Virus record (IMG/VR): IMGVR_UViG_3300002307_000010
Coordinates: 1-38,157 of that record
Origin: a virus
Taxonomy: Duplodnaviria > Caudoviricetes
Strand: one strand, 5' to 3'
DNA: 38,157 nucleotides
Shown here: one piece after another, positions 35,158 through 38,157 of the stretch
Numbering within the stretch: the first letter of the stretch is position 1
How the letters are laid out: each line of letters opens with the position of its first letter
The notes under the pieces: model-generated
The model's database searches: none
Told to the model about the DNA's origin: nothing
The model's input: only the letters and a program-made list of their open reading frames with translations
Program-made: the position numbers and the translations under genes

Positions 35158-38157
35158 TTTTAGCCTCCAACGTAGTTATGCGTGCATTGAGTTTTTTAAT
35201 TTCATTTAATAGTAATACTGGTAATATATGGTATTGAACAGTTTCTATTTCACCTTCTTCATTATGTACGACAATGTTAGGGAGTATTTCATACACTTCT
35301 TCTGCAATAAGACCGTACTGCTTTCGTTTATCAACATCATTATTGTAGATAAATGTGATAGGGCGTAGATCAAGAATAGATGATGATTCATCATTCATAT
35401 CTTCAATAGCGTGCTTAAATCGTCTTGATGATGTAGTAGTTCCAAGAACACCACTTGAATTAATAAGTACTGCTATACCAGAAGATGAAGTCGCTCCAGA
35501 AACTCCTATTGCTTTAAGTCCACCAGATGGAGCATTAAGCTTTAAAGTAGCAGAAGTAGCAGTGCTTCCAATAGCAACTGTTTTAGCAGCATTTCCTGTA
35601 CCAATATTTATGGTATTCGCTTTTGCATCTGTTGATATACTCATAGTGCCAGTCCCTGTCGCAAGATAAAAAGGGCCGTTATGTGTATTAGAAAGAAGAG
35701 TAATACCATTGCTTCCAGCAGCTAAAGTCAAAGTACCATCGCCAGTTTCACTACCAATTGAAATATTCTGAGCATTAGAATCGGTACCTATATTAATAGA
35801 ACCCCCATCATCATAACTTCCACCTTGAATAGTAGTCATAGATGCATTAGCACCCTGACTTCCTATGGTAACATTAGTATTATTAGAAACAGCTCCTGAC
35901 CCTATATTTACCGTACTACCTATATCATCAGTCGCTATTGATACATTGCCACCATTAGCAGTAATACCGGCAAATGTTGTAGTAATAGTATTAGCAGATC
36001 CACCAAATGAAAGACCCGTAGTGCCTCCTGCCAATGTAATAGCTGGACCTGATTGTGCACCTCCAGTATCACCAGTGATTGAAGTAATTCCACCACCTCC
36101 ACCACTACCTACGGTTCCAAGTTGACCATCAGAACCAATATATACGGGAATTCCATCGGCAGTTGCTGGAGTTACACCCAATATACCACCAATGAACGCC
36201 GTGGTTACCGGTGCTGTGGATGTTCCATCACCGATACGTAACACATTATTTTCACCAGTAACTCCACCAACATTGTAGCCTATAAGTATATTTCCTTGTT
36301 CCCCTGATACATAATTATTAGCAGCACTAGATCCAACTATAACATTCTGTATACCAGTAATTAGTGAAATACCAGAATTTGAACCAACAATGACATTGTT
36401 AGATCCTGATGTAAGTGAAGCAGATGATGATAGACCTAATACAGTATTATTTGTACCCGTTATTGAACTATTTCCAGCAAACTCGCCAATAATAGTATTA
36501 TGATTAGCATCACTAACATTTAATGAAATAGTATTTGATAATCCAGTAAATGATACTGATGATCCCGCAGTCGCATTGGCCACTAAACTAATTGCTGGTC
36601 CTGTTTGCATTACAGAATCATCACCAGCAATAGATGTTAAACCTGATCCACCACCAGAACCAACAGTGCCAAGTTGACCATTAGAGCCAATATACACTGG
36701 TATTCCATCAGCAGTTGCTGGCGTTATCCCATAGATACCCGCTATAAATGATTGGTTAAGATTGCCGGTAGATGTGCCTGTTGCATTACCAATACGTAAT
36801 ACATTTGATTCAGTTACCGTACCTTTTGTTTGGAAGCCAATGCATATATTAGAACTTTCACTTGTAATATAATTCTGGCCTGTGCTTACTCCTAATAATG
36901 TGTTATAACCCCCTGAAGTGACTTGCCATCCTGCTGCATAGCCAAAACCAACATTACCTGTACCTGTTGTTAATGATGGTAATGATTGATATCCAATAGA
37001 AGCATTATAGTCACCTGTTATACTGGTACTACCTGCTCCATTACCTATAAAGACGTTATTAAAGGCGTCTGTCACCTTTAATTGAACTGTATCAGAAGAA
37101 CCACTAAAGGATACAGATGATCCTGCAAGCCGTGATGCGCTTCCCGTTATTATATTAATAACTCCCGCAGATGGTGTTGCTGTTCCTGAGTCAGTAACAA
37201 ATGAATCGGAGACGGCACTCGTAGTTGCTATCGTTAATGTATTAGCAGTACCTATTACCGTTATACCAGTACCTGCAGTAATATTTATATTACCTGCAGA
37301 TGGAGATATGGCACCTCCGCTTGTTGATCCGGTAAGTGTTTGTATAAATTCAGAACCACCACCACCTCCAACAGTCCCAAGAACACCACTCGAGTTAATA
37401 AATAATGGAACACTGCTTGATGAAGTTACACCAAATACGCCAGTAGCAGTAATCCCACCACTTCCAGAGTTCAATGTTAAACTTGATGTAGTATTAGTAC
37501 TTCCTACAGCAACTGTTTTTGCACCAGTACCCGTTCCCACATTTACTGTACTTGTTGTAGCATCAGTAGCTAGCGATACTGTACCGCCATTAGCAGTAAT
37601 ACCCACGAATGTCATAGTTATAGTGTTAGCTGATCCGCCAAATGAAGCGCCCGTCGTGCCACCGGTCAATGTAATTGCAGGTCCCGTCTGTGCACCGCCG
37701 GTGTTACCAGTAATTGAAGTTATTGCAGAAGTGAGAGCAGTTGTAGCTATTGTGAGAGTATTAGCTGTTCCTATTACCGTTATACCAGTACCTGCAGTAA
37801 TATTTACATTGCCTGCTAATGGCGATATTGCACCACCACTCGTTGATCCGGTTAAAGTTTGAATAGCTCCAGTCCCTACTAATGATGCGGTAAGCGTATT
37901 TCCGCTTCCAACTATAGTTATACCAGTAGCATCACCAACTACATTTATATTACCTGATGATGGTGATATGGCGCCACCGGTATTTCCAGTCAGACTGTCT
38001 ACTTCGCCAACAACACCAGTTTTAAAGGTGGGCAATGCACCAGCTCCATTTGAAGTTAATACTTGTCCTAATGTTCCTACACTGGCAATAGATTGAATAG
38101 GGTTTGTACTGGCAGTTCCACCACAAAGAACTGCATATGATGTATTAGATTGAACAC
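35150..38157 (-). CDS. Long tail fibre with C-terminal intramolecular chaperone (peptidase S74); start at 851 across the junction
   Basis: TSSRRFKHAIEDM..LRPITFIY..YGLIAEEV..coiled coil. Confidence 0.9.
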   Translation of the reverse strand, partial: VQSNTSYAVLCGGTASTNPIQSIASVGTLGQVLTSNGAGALPTFKTGVVGEVDSLTGNTGGAISPSSGNINVVGDATGITIVGSGNTLTASLVGTGAIQTLTGSTSGGAISPLAGNVNITAGTGITVIGTANTLTIATTALTSAITSITGNTGGAQTGPAITLTGGTTGASFGGSANTITMTFVGITANGGTVSLATDATTSTVNVGTGTGAKTVAVGSTNTTSSLTLNSGSGGITATGVFGVTSSSSVPLFINSSGVLGTVGGGGGSEFIQTLTGSTSGGAISPSAGNINITAGTGITVIGTANTLTIATTSAVSDSFVTDSGTATPSAGVINIITGSASRLAGSSVSFSGSSDTVQLKVTDAFNNVFIGNGAGSTSITGDYNASIGYQSLPSLTTGTGNVGFGYAAGWQVTSGGYNTLLGVSTGQNYITSESSNICIGFQTKGTVTESNVLRIGNATGTSTGNLNQSFIAGIYGITPATADGIPVYIGSNGQLGTVGSGGGSGLTSIAGDDSVMQTGPAISLVANATAGSSVSFTGLSNTISLNVSDANHNTIIGEFAGNSSITGTNNTVLGLSSSASLTSGSNNVIVGSNSGISLITGIQNVIVGSSAANNYVSGEQGNILIGYNVGGVTGENNVLRIGDGTSTAPVTTAFIGGILGVTPATADGIPVYIGSDGQLGTVGSGGGGGITSITGDTGGAQSGPAITLAGGTTGLSFGGSANTITTTFAGITANGGNVSIATDDIGSTVNIGSGAVSNNTNVTIGSQGANASMTTIQGGSYDDGGSINIGTDSNAQNISIGSETGDGTLTLAAGSNGITLLSNTHNGPFYLATGTGTMSISTDAKANTINIGTGNAAKTVAIGSTATSATLKLNAPSGGLKAIGVSGATSSSGIAVLINSSGVLGTTTSSRRFKHAIEDMNDESSSILDLRPITFIYNNDVDKRKQYGLIAEEVYEILPNIVVHNEEGEIETVQYHILPVLLLNEIKKLNARITTLEAKNE
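37356..38157. repeat. Terminal direct repeat, right copy
   Basis: Identical to 1-802. Confidence 0.97.

Noticed and set aside
32960-37862. Plus-strand Pro/Val-rich ORFs (also 268-507, 1791-2228, 4544-4864)
   Set aside because: Antisense shadows of Gly/Thr-rich fibre codons.
1-38157. Alternative genetic code or tRNA genes
   Set aside because: Standard-code ORFs tile the genome densely and use all three stops; I saw no cloverleaf in the intergenic gaps.

Overview
This window is an apparently complete, circularly permuted, AT-rich podovirus-like dsDNA phage genome. The unique length is 37,355 bp, because bases 1-802 are repeated exactly at 37356-38157. Almost all genes are on the minus strand, in this order: Cro-like HTH, ERF annealing protein, Zn-knuckle/GroES fusion, HTH replication initiator, degenerate RusA, TerS, TerL, portal, small basic proteins, scaffold, N4-gp56-like major capsid, head/tail connector and nozzle proteins, three ejection-like proteins and a large modular tail-fibre set (peptidase S74 and C1q tips). 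Three small plus-strand islands carry an RHH operon, a secreted-protein moron and a second ERF operon. I recognise no integrase, partition system or lysis genes. A host among intracellular bacteria such as Dependentiae/TM6 is an inference from protein style only. The main observations are: (1) four covarying mini-pseudoknots in the 5' leader of the capsid gene, which I do not recognise as a known RNA family; (2) a group I intron splitting the capsid gene, with a LAGLIDADG endonuclease gene on the antisense strand; (3) a plasmid-like antisense-RNA layout over the initiator leader; (4) a secreted RLxGG-motif toxin-like gene with a candidate immunity gene; (5) a GroES with a nested start, a catalytically eroded RusA and two divergent ERF paralogues. 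All product names come from motif recognition by eye; no database search was run.
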